Positions 23,544-36,525 of a stretch of DNA of 64,000 nt are shown piece by piece. The notes beneath the pieces are model-generated. The model did not search any database. It saw nothing but the letters and a program-made list of their open reading frames with translations, and was not told the DNA's origin. A program made the position numbers and the translations under genes. The stretch comes from Octopus vulgaris. Taxonomy: Eukaryota. Position 1 is the first letter of the stretch; each line of letters begins with the position of its first letter. The stretch spans positions 66,526,001-66,590,000 of the forward strand of contig OX597824.1 of the NCBI GenBank assembly GCA_951406725.2. Direction: 5' to 3'.

Positions 23544-24646
23544 AGGGACATGTTGAACAGTGTTGTCTTAGATACACTGTGTCTGAATAAAAAGCAAGGT
23601 TACAGTAGAAATGGCTTGAGTAAAAATTATGCTCAGTCAAAGCTGAACGACAATACATGGCTTACACACACACACACACACTACAATAAAAATGTAGACT
23701 TGATATGGTTCACAACAGATTACACCATCAGACTTAAGTTTGGATGTTCACATAGTAATATGAAACAGTTCTGTGGAACAAAAATGAAAATTTCTTGAAT
23801 TGTCCTTTTCAAAAGTAAACATTAAATGTTAACAAAAAAAAAAAGAAAAACCAAATCCCACCGTCTCAAATGTGGAGTGACACACTGCCGTCATTGTTAC
23901 CAATGGTTGCCTCATAGAGGATCATGTTGTTTATGTTTCTGTATAATTGCCGTAAAGAAATATTCTTATAAACAAACATTTAGATCCACTCAAATATGTT
24001 TGGGACATGTTTGACCAATACAGAGGCTATTTACACTGCTAAATTCGCTGCAGAGAACCTTCCTTACTTTTGGTAACGGGTGCTTAAAAGCACTAAATCA
24101 TTTCATGGTGTTCTCTGTCGGCAGAATGGTGAACAAATTTCTCACTCCTTGACAACCATCAATACCATTTACTACAAGGGAGACAACCCTTAAATGACTA
24201 CGGAAACATTTTTTTTTAAATAGTAAATCAGCATTAAAATGTGCTGATCCTGCATGATGCCACTCCTGGCTAAACAAAATATTGTTGTGGGCACGAGAAA
24301 TATTGTGCCCACTATTTGTTTATTCACAAATGTTGTGAATAAACAAATATTTGTAATAATGTGTAACAGTAACTTTTAACATATTTATATTTTTACTGTG
24401 ATTATATGGTTGTATCATTCATCTCTTTTAGTGAAGAAATATTTAAGTATTTCTACTTAATTCCATTGAAATTTAATACTAAGACTATTAATGTTGGAGC
24501 TTACATTTTTCTTGTGTAGAGTATATATGGTTGTATGTGGGCATAAATAGTGTACTAATAGATCTACCTATATTTAAGTCTATCTCTTTATCTCTCTACC
24601 TGAATCTATCCATCAATCAAATGAACATATTCTATCTACTTCACAG

Positions 24647-24808
24647 GCCACAAATGAAGTCATTACACGGGTGCCACAATCTACCCAGGAAGAGATGAAT
24701 GCAGCTGTAGAGTCCTGCAAAAAGGCCTTCAGTTCATGGCGCAACAGTACCATCCTGACTAGACAGCAGTGCATGTTCAATCTCCAGCAACTGATCAAAG
24801 ACAATATG
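24647..24808 (+). CDS. ALDH6A1: ALDH6A1 exon 4 (ATNEVITRVPQST...RQQCMFNLQQLIKDNM)
   Basis: cacag acceptor, gtatgt donor, phase 0/0. Confidence 0.96.
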
Positions 24809-25508
24809 GTATGTTACTCTGTTGGTGTGTTTTGATAATGGTTGTGTTGGCAGTGGTATTCTGTAGCTCTAGATCAGCCCTTACCCACCAGATCTATGAT
24901 TAAAGGCATTCCAGCTGTGTCCATCCCATCTTTTTTGAGTTTCAAGAACTACATTGTTGGTGTATCTTTTTAGTATATTTAGCAGTATGGTATGATATAA
25001 GGTTGCTTTGGCTATTATTTATAGCCAGTTGATTTGAATGGTAGACTGTGTGTGTTGTTATTTAGCCTCAGGTGAATCCTGATACAGAGTAGTCTTAAAA
25101 AAACAAAATAAAACAAAAAAAACCTTAGAGTTATAACCATCCCATTAAAAAATTTTTTTTTAAATCCTAATGTACCCTGTGTTATATTACTAGATGTGCC
25201 CAAAGTGGTGAGCTGGTAGAACTGTTAGCATGCTAGACAAAGTGCTTAGCATCATTTTGTCAGTCTTTACGTTCTGAGTTCAAATTCTGCCAAGGTTACA
25301 TAAAACAGTTTAGTATGATTTAAAGGAGTTTGATCACTGTTTCTAGTTGTTCAAGTGACTTCATAGAAGCCCTCTCATTGTGACTGGTGTTTGTGGAGGT
25401 ATACCTACAGCTGGTGTTCACATTTTATTTTATTCAAGTGTTTATTGGTTTTAAATAAAAGGTTTTTGTGATGCTTTGTTTTAAATGTTTGTTTTTGTAA
25501 TGTTTCAG

Positions 25509-25587
25509 GGAAAGCTGGCACAAAATATCACTGAAGAGCAAGGAAAAACTCTGGTTGATGCTGAAGGAGACGTTCTTCGAGGTCTGC
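25509..25587 (+). CDS. ALDH6A1: ALDH6A1 exon 5 (GKLAQNITEEQGKTLVDAEGDVLRGL)
   Basis: ttcag acceptor, gtaagt donor, phase 0/1. Contains the EQGKT motif. Confidence 0.96.
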
Positions 25588-25927
25588 GTAAGTAGTTTCA
25601 TCGTATATTTGCATGTTGAAGGGGTCTGTAACACTATCTCTTTTTTTTCCTTGTCTTGAATCATGTCAGAGAATAAGGTTGTCTGTGACACACTTGGTTT
25701 TCACTGCAATTGATATCTTTTTACTGCTTATTTTTTGGACTGCATACTGAAAATCTTAATACAGAAAGAGTTTACTTCAGAAATTGTCTATGGTTGAGAC
25801 ATTTGCCACATCTCATTCAAAGTGTCTTGTTCACATTCCTTGAACTTGAACCTCAAACAAAATTAAAGAACTGGTGCTTAGCCATGTGACAATGCTTAAT
25901 TTTTTTGTGTTGTTTTTCTTGTCATTC

Positions 25928-26280
25928 TAAGCCTTTAGCATTCAGATTATTCTGTCAAGTGTTCTGCTTATTTATTCATATTGTTCTGAATTAATCATGA
26001 TATATCTTGTAGCATTGAAACTTCTATGATGTGATTGCTTATTTGTAGAATGACATTGAAGGATAGGTGTGAGAGGTCAGATCTGTCTAGCTTGAACATA
26101 AAACATAGATACAAACTTGTTAGCAGTTCAAATATACTTGAGGCATATTCGAACCCATGTCTCAAACGTATTTGAACTAGTAACAAGGTGTATTTATACA
26201 CATCACTGTTTAGTGCTGTCACCCCATATAAAACATCGACTATTTGGGATGCTTATGGCCAGTCTAAATGCTAAAGGCTT
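25928..26280. mobile_element. MITE-like element with CCTTTAGCATT...AATGCTAAAGG termini (relatives at 28274-28458 and 57572-57797)
   Basis: Short terminal inverted repeats and a shared internal sequence in three copies. Confidence 0.6.
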
Positions 26281-27066
26281 CAGGTCAGCAAGAATTATGA
26301 TTAAAGGTATCCCAACCATGACCATCGTATTCTTATTCAGAGATACTGTATTTGGGAGTGTGAAATGTGTCCTGTTTTTAAGATGGTTGTTTGTGGTTTG
26401 TAGGATTTAGCTGCTCTTTCTAGTGGGTTGAGCAACAACATAGAAGCTCTCTCATTGGCTGATTTAAAAATAAAAGATAAGGGTAGAAGACTGAAGTATT
26501 AAAATAAATTTATTTGTCTCTATATCTTGTACTGCAGTGATTTTCATCACTTTCCTTTATATATTCTGTGACTTGTATGCTGACCATCAAGTGTAGTACT
26601 GAGCCATTGATTTACTACTAAAATCTTACTTTGGGTTGGTAGTATGGTAGTTAGGGCATGTTTTGTGTAAGGTGATGGTCTTGGTACATGTGTTAGGTGA
26701 TATTATAGCAGTGAGTGTGTGTTGTGTAAGTTCAGAAGTCTGAAGAAACGGATGATGGTCTGTACCAGCAACAATTAGTCTATAGATACAAGCATGGCTG
26801 AGTGATAAGAAGTTTGCATCTCTACCACATGGTCTCAGGTTCATTTTCACTGTGTGATGCCTTGGACCAGCCAAAGCTTTGTGAGACAGAAAATGGAGTG
26901 ACCTCACTGCTTAGATTGAAGATCTGAACTAAATCTCTTAATAAAAATATACAGTTAAGTAGACTATAAATACTTCAAGGAGTTCAAGGTATACAACATA
27001 ATAGATGGGTAACAAACTTTTGATCCCTAAATCAATAGAGTGATACTGCAGTGAGTCTGTCAATTG

Positions 27067-27801
27067 TACGAGGTTGAGTCAAAAAGTAATGCCATTTTGT
27101 TTAGGACAGGTATAATTACCAACACAAGAACATGTCATACATCAAAATGAAGCTTGTCCTCTGTAGATCACATCCCTACTTCTCAACCATTTCTCTCAAT
27201 AGCAATGTTCCTCCTTTGAATGAGAGCATGTATTCCTGCCCCATAAAATTTTGTTGATTGTTCTTTGAGCCACTTCCTTGTCACTGGAATAATGTTTCCC
27301 TCTCAAACCCTCTTTCATGGGGCTGAAGAGATTTTAGCCTGAAGGCGCTAAATCTGGTGAGTACAGGCATTGACCCTATCAGTCTTGTATTTGGTAGTCA
27401 GCTCTTAGTACCCAACGGGTACACACTTTTGAAAAGCCAAGTGATTCAACAATGTTGTAAGCACTTCTATGGCTCACTTCAAGGTTTTCTGCCAACTCAT
27501 CAAGAGTTATGCGCTGTCTTCTGTGATCAGAGCTCTGCATTTGCTTTATTGGCAGGATTCACATAAGCGGATGGACAGCCAGAATAGAGTTTATCGGCTA
27601 CACTCACAGTTCTCACCTTTTCATTTTTCAGACGATGGACCCACCTGCACACATTGCTATAATCTAAAGTATTGTTCTTAAAGACATTTTGTAATCGTCA
27701 GTGAATATTCACAGGGTTTTCCCTCTCAGCAACAAGAAATTCAATCACTGATCTTTGTATGAAATAAAGAAAATGGCATTACTTTTTGACTCATCCTCAT
27801 A
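27067..27801. mobile_element. Internally deleted mariner element
   Basis: ~30-bp TIRs tacgaggttgagtcaaaaagtaatgccattt / aaatggcattactttttgactcatcctcata with TA ends. Confidence 0.85.
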
Positions 27802-27933
27802 GTTGTCAAAGAAGAAACAAAGAACTGTAAATATTAGTTGTACCTAACCATTTATACAAGATGCTTTGTGTTTTCAAAAAGATCACTTGGATTCACCTTT
27901 TCCTTTTTCTGTCTTATTTCTTAATATATTTAG

Positions 27934-28088
27934 AGGTTGTTGAAACTTGCTGTAGTTTATCTGCTACGTGCCTTGGTGAAACTTTAACTGGAATTGCTAA
28001 AGACATGGATACTATGACTATCCGAGAACCTCTTGGAGTTTGTGCTGGAATCACACCATTTAATTTCCCTGCTATGATACCTTTGTGG
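27934..28088 (+). CDS. ALDH6A1: ALDH6A1 exon 6 (QVVETCC...REPLGVCAGITPFNFPAMIPLW)
   Basis: Phase 1/0. Contains the ALDH PFNFP motif. Confidence 0.97.
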
Positions 28089-28757
28089 GTAAGTAAAGTT
28101 TTTTGAAGTTACTTAGAAGATAAAGTAGTATTGATATTGCTCCAGAATGTATGGCACCTTTTGTTATCTCTGCATCTGTATAGTAACATTATAGATACAA
28201 AAATCATTGTGTTCATCATACTTGATGGTATGTTTAGCAAAGTTATTTAGCTAAGCATTATGTTCTTGCTCTGTAATCCTTTAGCATTTAAACCTCCCAC
28301 ATCTGGCCCAAATATTCTACCTTCTTTATGTTCAGACTAGTTAGATCTAGCCTCTTACACCTATCTGACAAAGCTATGAGATAATGCATGATAAACTCAA
28401 AAGAATGTGCATAAATATGTATTACATTTGACAGAATACTTTGAATGCTAAACAGTTAGATGTCTCAGAGAAATAACTATATAAATTTTCTTTATGTGAC
28501 CATTGTAATTGTGCAGTTCCAAGTTGTAATCAAAGAATAATCTCTACTTATATACATATTTTTTGAATGATGAAACACAAAGTAGATAAAACTATAAATA
28601 ATAGCTTGTAAATATTTGGTTAAAAAATTTCTTTGGATTGAAAAAGTAAAGGTTGCTCAAAATTAGTGCATAAATATAAAATCTTATAAAGTTTGATACC
28701 TCTATAGTTTTTTTTTTTTAATCACTGAAGTTTTCTTTCAATGTTCTCCATTGTTAG

Positions 28758-28905
28758 ATGTTCCCAATTGCCTTAACCTGTGGTAACACCATGCTTCTTA
28801 AACCCTCTGAGCGAGATCCAGGAGCTTGTATGATTCTTATGGAATTAGCAAAACAAGCAGGCTTTCCTGATGGTGTTGTGAATGTTATCCATGGACAACA
28901 TGACT
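28758..28905 (+). CDS. ALDH6A1: ALDH6A1 exon 7 (MFPIALTCGNTMLLKPSERDPG...NVIHGQHD)
   Basis: Phase 0/1. Contains the KPSE motif. Confidence 0.97.
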
Positions 28906-29439
28906 GTAAGTAAAAAGAAAAAAAAATCAGTTCTGTTTCTCCACCAGTTCCCTGAACAAATTTATTAAAAATAACTTTTAATCAGTTTATGTAAAAGAAA
29001 GGACAAAACCTATAGCTTCTTTTGGACCCTTTCAGTTAAGAGACAAAGATAATGTAGAGAAAACGTAGTCAGGTTGGTGTAGGTTTTATTCAATTTACAA
29101 AATTCATTAGTAATGGTAAGAAGAACATTACATCATCATCCACATTTAATGTCCATCTTCCATGCAGTTGGTTGGCTTGCCAGGAACTGGCAAGGCCCGG
29201 GGTTGCACATGTTCCATAGTCTGTTTTGGCTTGGTTTCTACAGCTGGATGCCCTTCCTAATGCTAACCAAAAGATAGGAAGATGGGCAGTGCCTATGTCT
29301 TGCCATGGTTGCCTAGATTGTTGAGTTTGATGCAGTTGATGTTTAGCTGTAATCACTATTTTATCATCATCATGTTAGTATTCACATTTTCATCTGGCGT
29401 TCCCAGTACGACCACCACAGATGATGACCGACTGTCCCC

Positions 29440-30050
29440 ACACATCTGTTACCAAGGGTGCGAATATGGCCACATCCTATGTTTGTAAATATATTGGATC
29501 TATCAGTACTTTTTTCAAATGATGTTTTCTTAACCACCAGTCATCTTTCAGTGTGCCAGAAAGATGGTTTGTCATGCCCCTGGCCTGCCATGTGTGGCAC
29601 CTCAAAGATCAGGGGTCCCTATGTGGTATCAAGTGGAAAATAATTGATCATCCAGGCCTATATATTAATGGAAGTGGCCGTTGCAAGATCTGCATTGTGG
29701 AGAGAGTCAAAATTCTTAAGGACTATACGAAACCTGGTGTGCTAAATAGTTGTAAAGAAGGGTTTTCTAAATGTGTCCACTTTAAGCACTACCTATTGGA
29801 AAATTGAATCTCCGTGTTTGCTGGTTAGTCCTTTTCAGGTATATAAGGGTTGTTTTATCCTCTGGTACAGGGGAGACAACCCATTCCCATTAACAGAAAT
29901 TTAAATGGCGCAGAAATTTTAAATTTTTGTCATATAGTCTGATGAGCTGTCCACAAAGCTTTGGCTTTGTGTATACGAAATCTTGGGTAACTCTGTCCAA
30001 GATATAGAATTTTTTGTTGTAACAATTACTGCTCTATTCTTTAGACTGTG
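29440..30050 (+). mobile_element. Penelope-like element 3' remnant (GIY-YIG endonuclease and terminal region)
   Basis: ICYQ...KYIGSISTFFK*..NHQSSF...HVWHLKD...IKWKII...Y...CKICIVE...LN...KCVH, followed by a hammerhead core. Confidence 0.8.
29933..30050 (+). ncRNA. Hammerhead-like motif of the PLE
   Basis: CUGAUGA (29939), helix II CACAAAGC/GCUUUGUG, GAAA (29977), helix AUCUUGG/CCAAGAU. The helix I partner is uncertain (30043-30050). Confidence 0.55.
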
Positions 30051-30292
30051 CTTCTTTTCTGATATATGTTTTATTAATTAACTATAACTATATATATATA
30101 TATATATATATGTGACAGGCTTCTTTCAGTTTCCATCTACCAAATCCACTCACAAAGCTTTGGTCAGCCTGAGGCTACAGTAGAAGACACTTGCCCAAGG
30201 TGCTACGCAGTGAGACTGAACCTGGAACCATGTGGTTGGAAGCAATCTTCTTACCACACAGCCATGCCTGTATATATATGTATACATATATA

Positions 30293-31825
30293 TACTGAAC
30301 CACAAAAGAAACGTCGCACACATACTAAATAGAAGACCGTTTATTAACAGACTGCCAGAGCATTGATTAAGGAGTGCTAATTAAGAAACCGTTCTCTCCC
30401 AATGATAAAACATCATTTCCTGAAACATGTTTGACATCGTATGGTGTAACATGATGTCTGAGTGTCCTGGATCCAAATAAATGAACTCAATATCTCGTGT
30501 GATCACCATTAGCATTGATTACCACCAGGTATCTTCTGTACTTTAAATGCACCAAACGATTGATGAAGGTCGTGGGGATAGCAACCCACACTCGGTTAAA
30601 AATTACAGTGAGTTGTGCCGCAGTTGTTGGCTTTGGAAGGATGTCATTTAACCCTCTTTGGATTTCGTTCCACAGGTGCTCTATGGGGTTCCAGTCCGGA
30701 CTTAGGGCAGGCTATGGCAGTGTCTGGAATTTGTGCTGTTGAAGGAAGTCTGTTGTCAATCTGGCAGTATGGGCATAGGCATTGACTTGTTGGAACATGT
30801 GATTCTGATGACAGGCCAAGTATGGCACAATGTTATGCCTCAACACTTGGTCAATATAGCAAGCAGTGGTTACTCCATTGCCTTGGCTGATGTTTTGGAA
30901 GACCATGGTCCAAGCTTCTGGTTGAGTGCAATCCCACCCCATACTATGATGCTCTGTCCTCCCCATGAGTCTCTCTCCACCACACAGCCATTGGTATGAC
31001 GTTCACCCCTTTTTCTCCAAACCCTAGCTTTGCCATCTGCCACAGAAATGCAATATTGATTTTTGTCAGTGAAAACTACAGTCCTCCACTGCTGATATGG
31101 CCAGTTCTGACATTTTTGAGCCTACTGCAGATGTGCATGTTGATGACGATCTGTGAAGATGGTGCCCCATGTAAGATGTTGACAAAACAAATTGTAAGAT
31201 CTCAGCCAGTGGTGAACTGTCTCTGCACATATAGGTCTCTGATGAGTCCCTATGGTCTGCCTAGCTGATTCTGTTGCTCTCCAGAATCGGTCCTGCAAGT
31301 GCTGTCAGTGCAGGTGGCGATCTTGATGTGCCATTGTAACCCTCAGTTGGCCACTGCATGATCGATTGTCCGTGTTGTTTGTGGCATTGTATCATACCCT
31401 CAGCCGCTCAGTTGTCCGAATACTGCAGTTCAAGTCATTAGCAATGACCTATGGACGTTGATCAGCATGAAGACGTCCGATAGCTTGCTCCCTCTGATTT
31501 TGTGTCAGTCTTGGAATGCTTGCTGCGTTCGGAAAATGAATGACAGGCTGGTAAATTTGGGTGCCTTTCATACCCAATGAGTCAACATATTGCATGTGCA
31601 TCATGCTTTTCATAAAGATGCATTCACGAGCATTACCATGTTCATGGAAAGTGAGCGAGTTTGAACCCCTCATGCAATCCTTGTGTTTTCAAAAGAGAGT
31701 GGTGTTGTGGATCAGTGACTTCTGATGTCAAATTACCTAGAAATGCGATAAAATCCATATAATCTCAATATCGTGTGTGAAACAAACAATCTTTTACAGT
31801 GTGACGTTTCTTTTGTAGTTCAGTA
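30293..31825 (-). mobile_element. Full-length but dead Tc1-like transposon (1533 bp)
   Basis: 27-bp TIRs (25/27 identical) TACTGAACCACAAAAGAAACGTCGCAC with TA flanks. Transposase PRLTQNQREQAIGRL...FQQVNAYAHTAR...SPDWNPIEHLW. Confidence 0.92.
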
Positions 31826-32435
31826 TATATATACATATATATTTATTAATGGGTTAAGGCTACTGTTGGTTTCATGTTAAGGGAAGTCCCTCAACAGTTA
31901 TCAAGCGTCACATGAGTTGTGGAGGTGAATACCAATGTTCCATGTGATAGACTTGATAATTGTTGAGGAACTTCTCCTAACATGAAACCAATGATTACCT
32001 TAACCTATAAATAAAGTATTTTTATCTGCCAATGCAGTGTTGAGCACTCATTCTCACTGTATGATATTAATGTGTGTGTGTGTATGTATATACACATACA
32101 TATGCATACATACATTCATGTTAGCTTCTTTCAATTTTCATGTATCAAATTCATTCACAGGCTTTGCTCAGCTTGGTGCTATAGTAAAAAAACATTTGTC
32201 CAAGGTGTCATGTTGTGGACAAACCTCTAAGCATATAGTTAGGAAACAGTCTTCTTAATCACAAATCCATGCTTGTAGCTAAGCTATGCCTCAAATTGTT
32301 TCAATAAATGGAAATATAAAATATTTTGCAAAGCCCATTCCATTCATGCTGGCTTTTTAAAATGGATGTAAAGCTGTTAAAAAGAAATGAATCGATTTAA
32401 AAATTTCTCTGAAAGCTTTTATTTTGTATTTTCAG

Positions 32436-32500
32436 CTGTAAACTTTATCTGTGATCACCCTGATATTAGAGCTATATCCTTTGTAGGATCAGATCAAGCT
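32436..32500 (+). CDS. ALDH6A1: ALDH6A1 exon 8 (SVNFICDHPDIRAISFVGSDQA)
   Basis: Phase 1/0. Contains the FVGS NAD-binding motif. Confidence 0.97.
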
Positions 32501-32629
32501 GTAAGTTACAATTTGTTCATATAAAGAGATCTGTATTATGGCACATAAAATTTTTGTTTTATTTTACTGTTTAATTTGTTTATTTCAGTTAAAAATTATT
32601 CTTTGGATTTCTCTGTGTATATATAACTA

Positions 32630-32663
<34 letters not shown>

Positions 32664-32767
32664 TATATATGTGTGTGTGTGTGCATAGAAATATGTGTGT
32701 GTATATATATATATATAAATATAAATGTGTGTATGTATATATTTGTAAATGTATATATATAAATGTA

Positions 32768-32819
<52 letters not shown>

Positions 32820-34097
32820 GTAAATGTGTGTGTGTATATATATAATAGTAGGGAATATAAAATTCCAAACATACAAGGAAAAATTCAATTTAGCAATACT
32901 AAATCAAATTTCACAATATATAATATATGTATATAATTAAGAGAAATAACTTCTATTAAGTAAATCAATTGACAGTGAAAGATATTATCTATATTAAATC
33001 ATACAGAAAAATTTTAATATATTATAATAAATATTCTAAAAATCACTAAATTGAATAAACAATGTTTATTTAATTTAGTGATACACACACACACACACTG
33101 GAGGCATGTTATTCTGTTACTTATAGCAGTTTCCATAAGTAATTTTAAGCTACTTTCTCAGCTTAATATTGCTGTTGAGCGACTACATTGGATTGTATTG
33201 AGTACTTTGAAATATCTAACAACATTAAATAAGATATATGCTAAAATGTAAGGAAATGCTGCAGTGACATGCAGAGAAATATATCATAACTTGCATTTAG
33301 ATAAATATACATAATAGATCCCCTTTATTATGTCATGTTGGTACTTATTCTATATTTGTTGAAACTGTTTATGATTATTTGAAGATTGTAACCCTTTCTG
33401 AGTTAGAGTATTTGATATAGAGGGTAACAGTATGACTTTTTTTTAACTTGCTGATTGTAAATGTGAAGTATGTCAGAGAAGACTGTTGGAGAGGATTATT
33501 CCAACATATTAAATTTTCTTTCTATTTTAATGTTCATCAATATGAGGTAAAAGAGGCTAAGTTCCTTATATCCATTAGGACAGGAGAGCACCACTAAAAA
33601 CCATAACATACCAGAAACATGGTAGTCTGCTGAAGCCCATTTCTCCCCATGGAGGTTGAACTCAGTAGTGCAAGTGAACAAAACATCGTAAAAACAGCTT
33701 TTAATTTTTCAGCAATCCTAGGGTAGTGAATATTGGCAGAATTGTTTGCAGTATTTATGTTCTGGGTTCATATCTACTAAAGTCAATATTTCCTTTAATC
33801 CTTTTGGGAACAGTGAAATAAAGTACTTAGTATGACAGCTTATTTGGCCTTGAAGCAATGTCAAAAATTTTGTTTCTAACATCATTAGAAATTAGTTTTA
33901 CATTGTTTCTGATACAATACAAACTATTGGTGACAGGATATACTATAGACCCCTTTCTAGTAGAAAGTCTTATTTAGTTTCACCCAGACCTGTGAGAGGT
34001 GAGTTTTACTTGGCAAGTGAAATAAAATCATGCATAGAGTTTGATATGTTTTGTATAATAAAATAAGTGTTGTTTTTTTTTGTTTCTTCTTTAACAG

Positions 34098-34154
34098 GGT
34101 AATTACATCTATGACAGGGGAACCAAAAATGGCAAGAGAGTTCAATCAAATATG
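34098..34154 (+). CDS. ALDH6A1: ALDH6A1 exon 9 (GNYIYDRGTKNGKRVQSNM)
   Basis: aacag acceptor, gtgagt donor, phase 0/0. Confidence 0.96.
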
Positions 34155-34586
34155 GTGAGTTAGTTTTTTGCCATTTTTTTTCTTTCAAAGTACTCTGTGT
34201 GTTAGTGTTGTAAGTGACAACTAATAAAGCTTATTAAATGGAATCACACTGAGTATATAGGTATGATATATGATACATATTATTTTCTACTAAAAAATGT
34301 ACTCAAAGACAAAAGCAACAATATAGTACGTATAGTATTGCCTATATGACAAACATTCAAAATGGTCAATAAAACAGGATTCTAAACAAATTGAAATAAT
34401 TTTGTGTGTGAATCATAGCTTTAAGAAATGAATTTTTTTTTCAATATTTACATCTACACTACATTTCAATTAGTTTGTTCACCAATAATCAGTCTTATTA
34501 ATGGAGATGTGCATATAGCGGCTGAGTGGATAAGAATTTTTTTGCTCTGTTTTTGTTTATAACCTCTTAGTTTATTTTCTTTTCAG

Positions 34587-34646
34587 GGAGCAAAGAATCA
34601 TGGTGTCATCATGCCTGATGCAAACAAAGAAATGACATTAAACCAG
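34587..34646 (+). CDS. ALDH6A1: ALDH6A1 exon 10 (GAKNHGVIMPDANKEMTLNQ)
   Basis: Completes the MMSDH-diagnostic NMGAKNH motif. Phase 0/0. Confidence 0.97.
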
Positions 34647-34669
34647 GTAATAATAATAATAATAATCCT

Positions 34670-35260
34670 TTTTACTATAGGCACAAGGCAATTGCATATA
34701 CCCCAGTGCTCAACTGGTACTTAATTCATTGATTCTGAAAGGATGAAAGACAAAGTTGACCCTGGCAAAATTTGAACTCTGAAGAAATTCCACTAAACTT
34801 TTTGTCTAGCATGCTATTGATTCTGCCAGTTTGCTGCCTTAATAATAATAATAATAATGATGATGATGATAGTTTCTAACAAATATAAGACCTGAAACTC
34901 AAGGAGAAGGGAATAATCAATTAAATCAACCCCAGTACTTGACTGGTATTTTATTTTATTGACCTGGAAAGATGAAAAGCTAAGTTGACTGTGGCCAAAT
35001 TTGAACTCAGAACATAGTTGATTGAAATTCTGTGTGACATTTTGCTCAATGTACTAAGGATTCTGCCATTCCATCAGCCCAACAATAATGATAATAATTG
35101 TACTAATTCAAGTACAAGGTCAGCAATTTTTTATGGTTGGGGGTTAGTTGATGCTATTGACACCAAAACTGGATTGGTACTTTAATGACTACAGAGGGAC
35201 AAAAGTCCTTGTTGACCTCAGCAAGATTTGAACTCTCAACATAAAGAGCTAGAACAGATA
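34670..35260 (-). mobile_element. Three tandem SINE family A copies separated by (AAT)n
   Basis: Three reverse-complement cores 'ggtact...aaagttgac...atttgaactc'. Confidence 0.7.
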
Positions 35261-35589
35261 TCATATCACTTCATATTATTCCCATTTGCAAATGGTATTA
35301 TCCCAATCTAAAAATAGTTTTACTCCAGTCTGCAAATGGGATTTTCTTAGATTTTCAAATATTATCCTAGATTGGCAAATGATGTTATTCTAATCTAAGA
35401 CTGGCAGAATTCCTGCACTACAACCAGCAGTATTTCCATACAAGTGGTAGCATTTGCATAGGCAGCATTATTGCTACACGACAATTGCATTACCATTGTT
35501 CAAATGGAATGATTCCCATATTATGCAAAATTCTCAAACAGTCACCTTCCTCCACTCCTGATTGTTTTATTTCCTAATTCTTCTTGTAG

Positions 35590-35719
35590 CTTGTTGGCGC
35601 TGCATTTGGTGCAGCTGGTCAGCGATGCATGGCATTAACAACTGCAGTGTTTGTTGGAGAATCCAAGGAATGGATTTCAGAATTAGTAGAAAAGGCCAAA
35701 AAATTGAAAGTTAATGCAG
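35590..35719 (+). CDS. ALDH6A1: ALDH6A1 exon 11 ([16 protein letters not shown]...KLKVNA), catalytic Cys codon at 35626-35628
   Basis: GQRCMA active-site motif. Phase 0/1. Confidence 0.98.
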
Positions 35720-36024
35720 GTAAATAAGTTCATATTTTTTCAGTTATAATTTGTTTTGTTTTGAATGTTTCTTTTATATCTGATTTTTAGTCTCCTTTTT
35801 AAAAACAAAATCATTTGTAATTTTAATTTGAGAACAATATTTGTTCATGAAAAATTAAAATTGTGTGTGATCTGGTGTAGAAATTGAACTTTCTGAATTT
35901 CAAAATTTAATGCTCTATGGCATGAAGATTGTGTTATCCACATTCCCCAAATTGTGTAACTGAGTGTAGAGTTTACATGATCTTGGTCATTTCCAGATAG
36001 AAATTGAATTTCCTATTCAAGTCT

Positions 36025-36340
36025 TCATCATCATCATCATCGGTTAACATCTGCTTTCCATGCTGGCATGGGTTGGATGGTTTGACTGAGGGCTGGTGAG
36101 CCAGAAGGCTGCATCAAGCTCCAATCTGATCTGGCAGTTTCCAGAGCTGGATGCCCTTCTTAATGGCAACCATTCCGAGAGTGTATAGTAGAACTCCAGC
36201 AGCCTGGTTCCCTCCTCGTTGTGGGAACCAAAACCATAGCCTCCATGTATGCCATGGAAGCCCCCTGCATGTTGTCCAATATGCACATTGAAATCGCCAG
36301 CTACAAAGCGAAGGTCCCCATCATTTGTCAACAAGGTAGT
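36025..36340 (-). mobile_element. RTE chimera: endonuclease fragment joined to the RTE 3' end
   Basis: VAGDFNVHIG...GGYGFGSHNEEGTRLLEF abuts the terminal ~160 nt and (GAT)n tail. Confidence 0.8.
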
Positions 36341-36525
36341 CTTCAAGCGATATTTATTCTCTCTTATCTCAAACATGTTTTGAATCATCACATATTAGAA
36401 TGTCTTAAAGTTTAACATTTGGTCAAGCTGTATCTAGTGTACTGAATTTCCTTATACCCAGAAGTTCCCATTACTGATATGACATTGTAGGTATATTTAT
36501 TTATTTAATGTTTTTTTTTCTTTAG

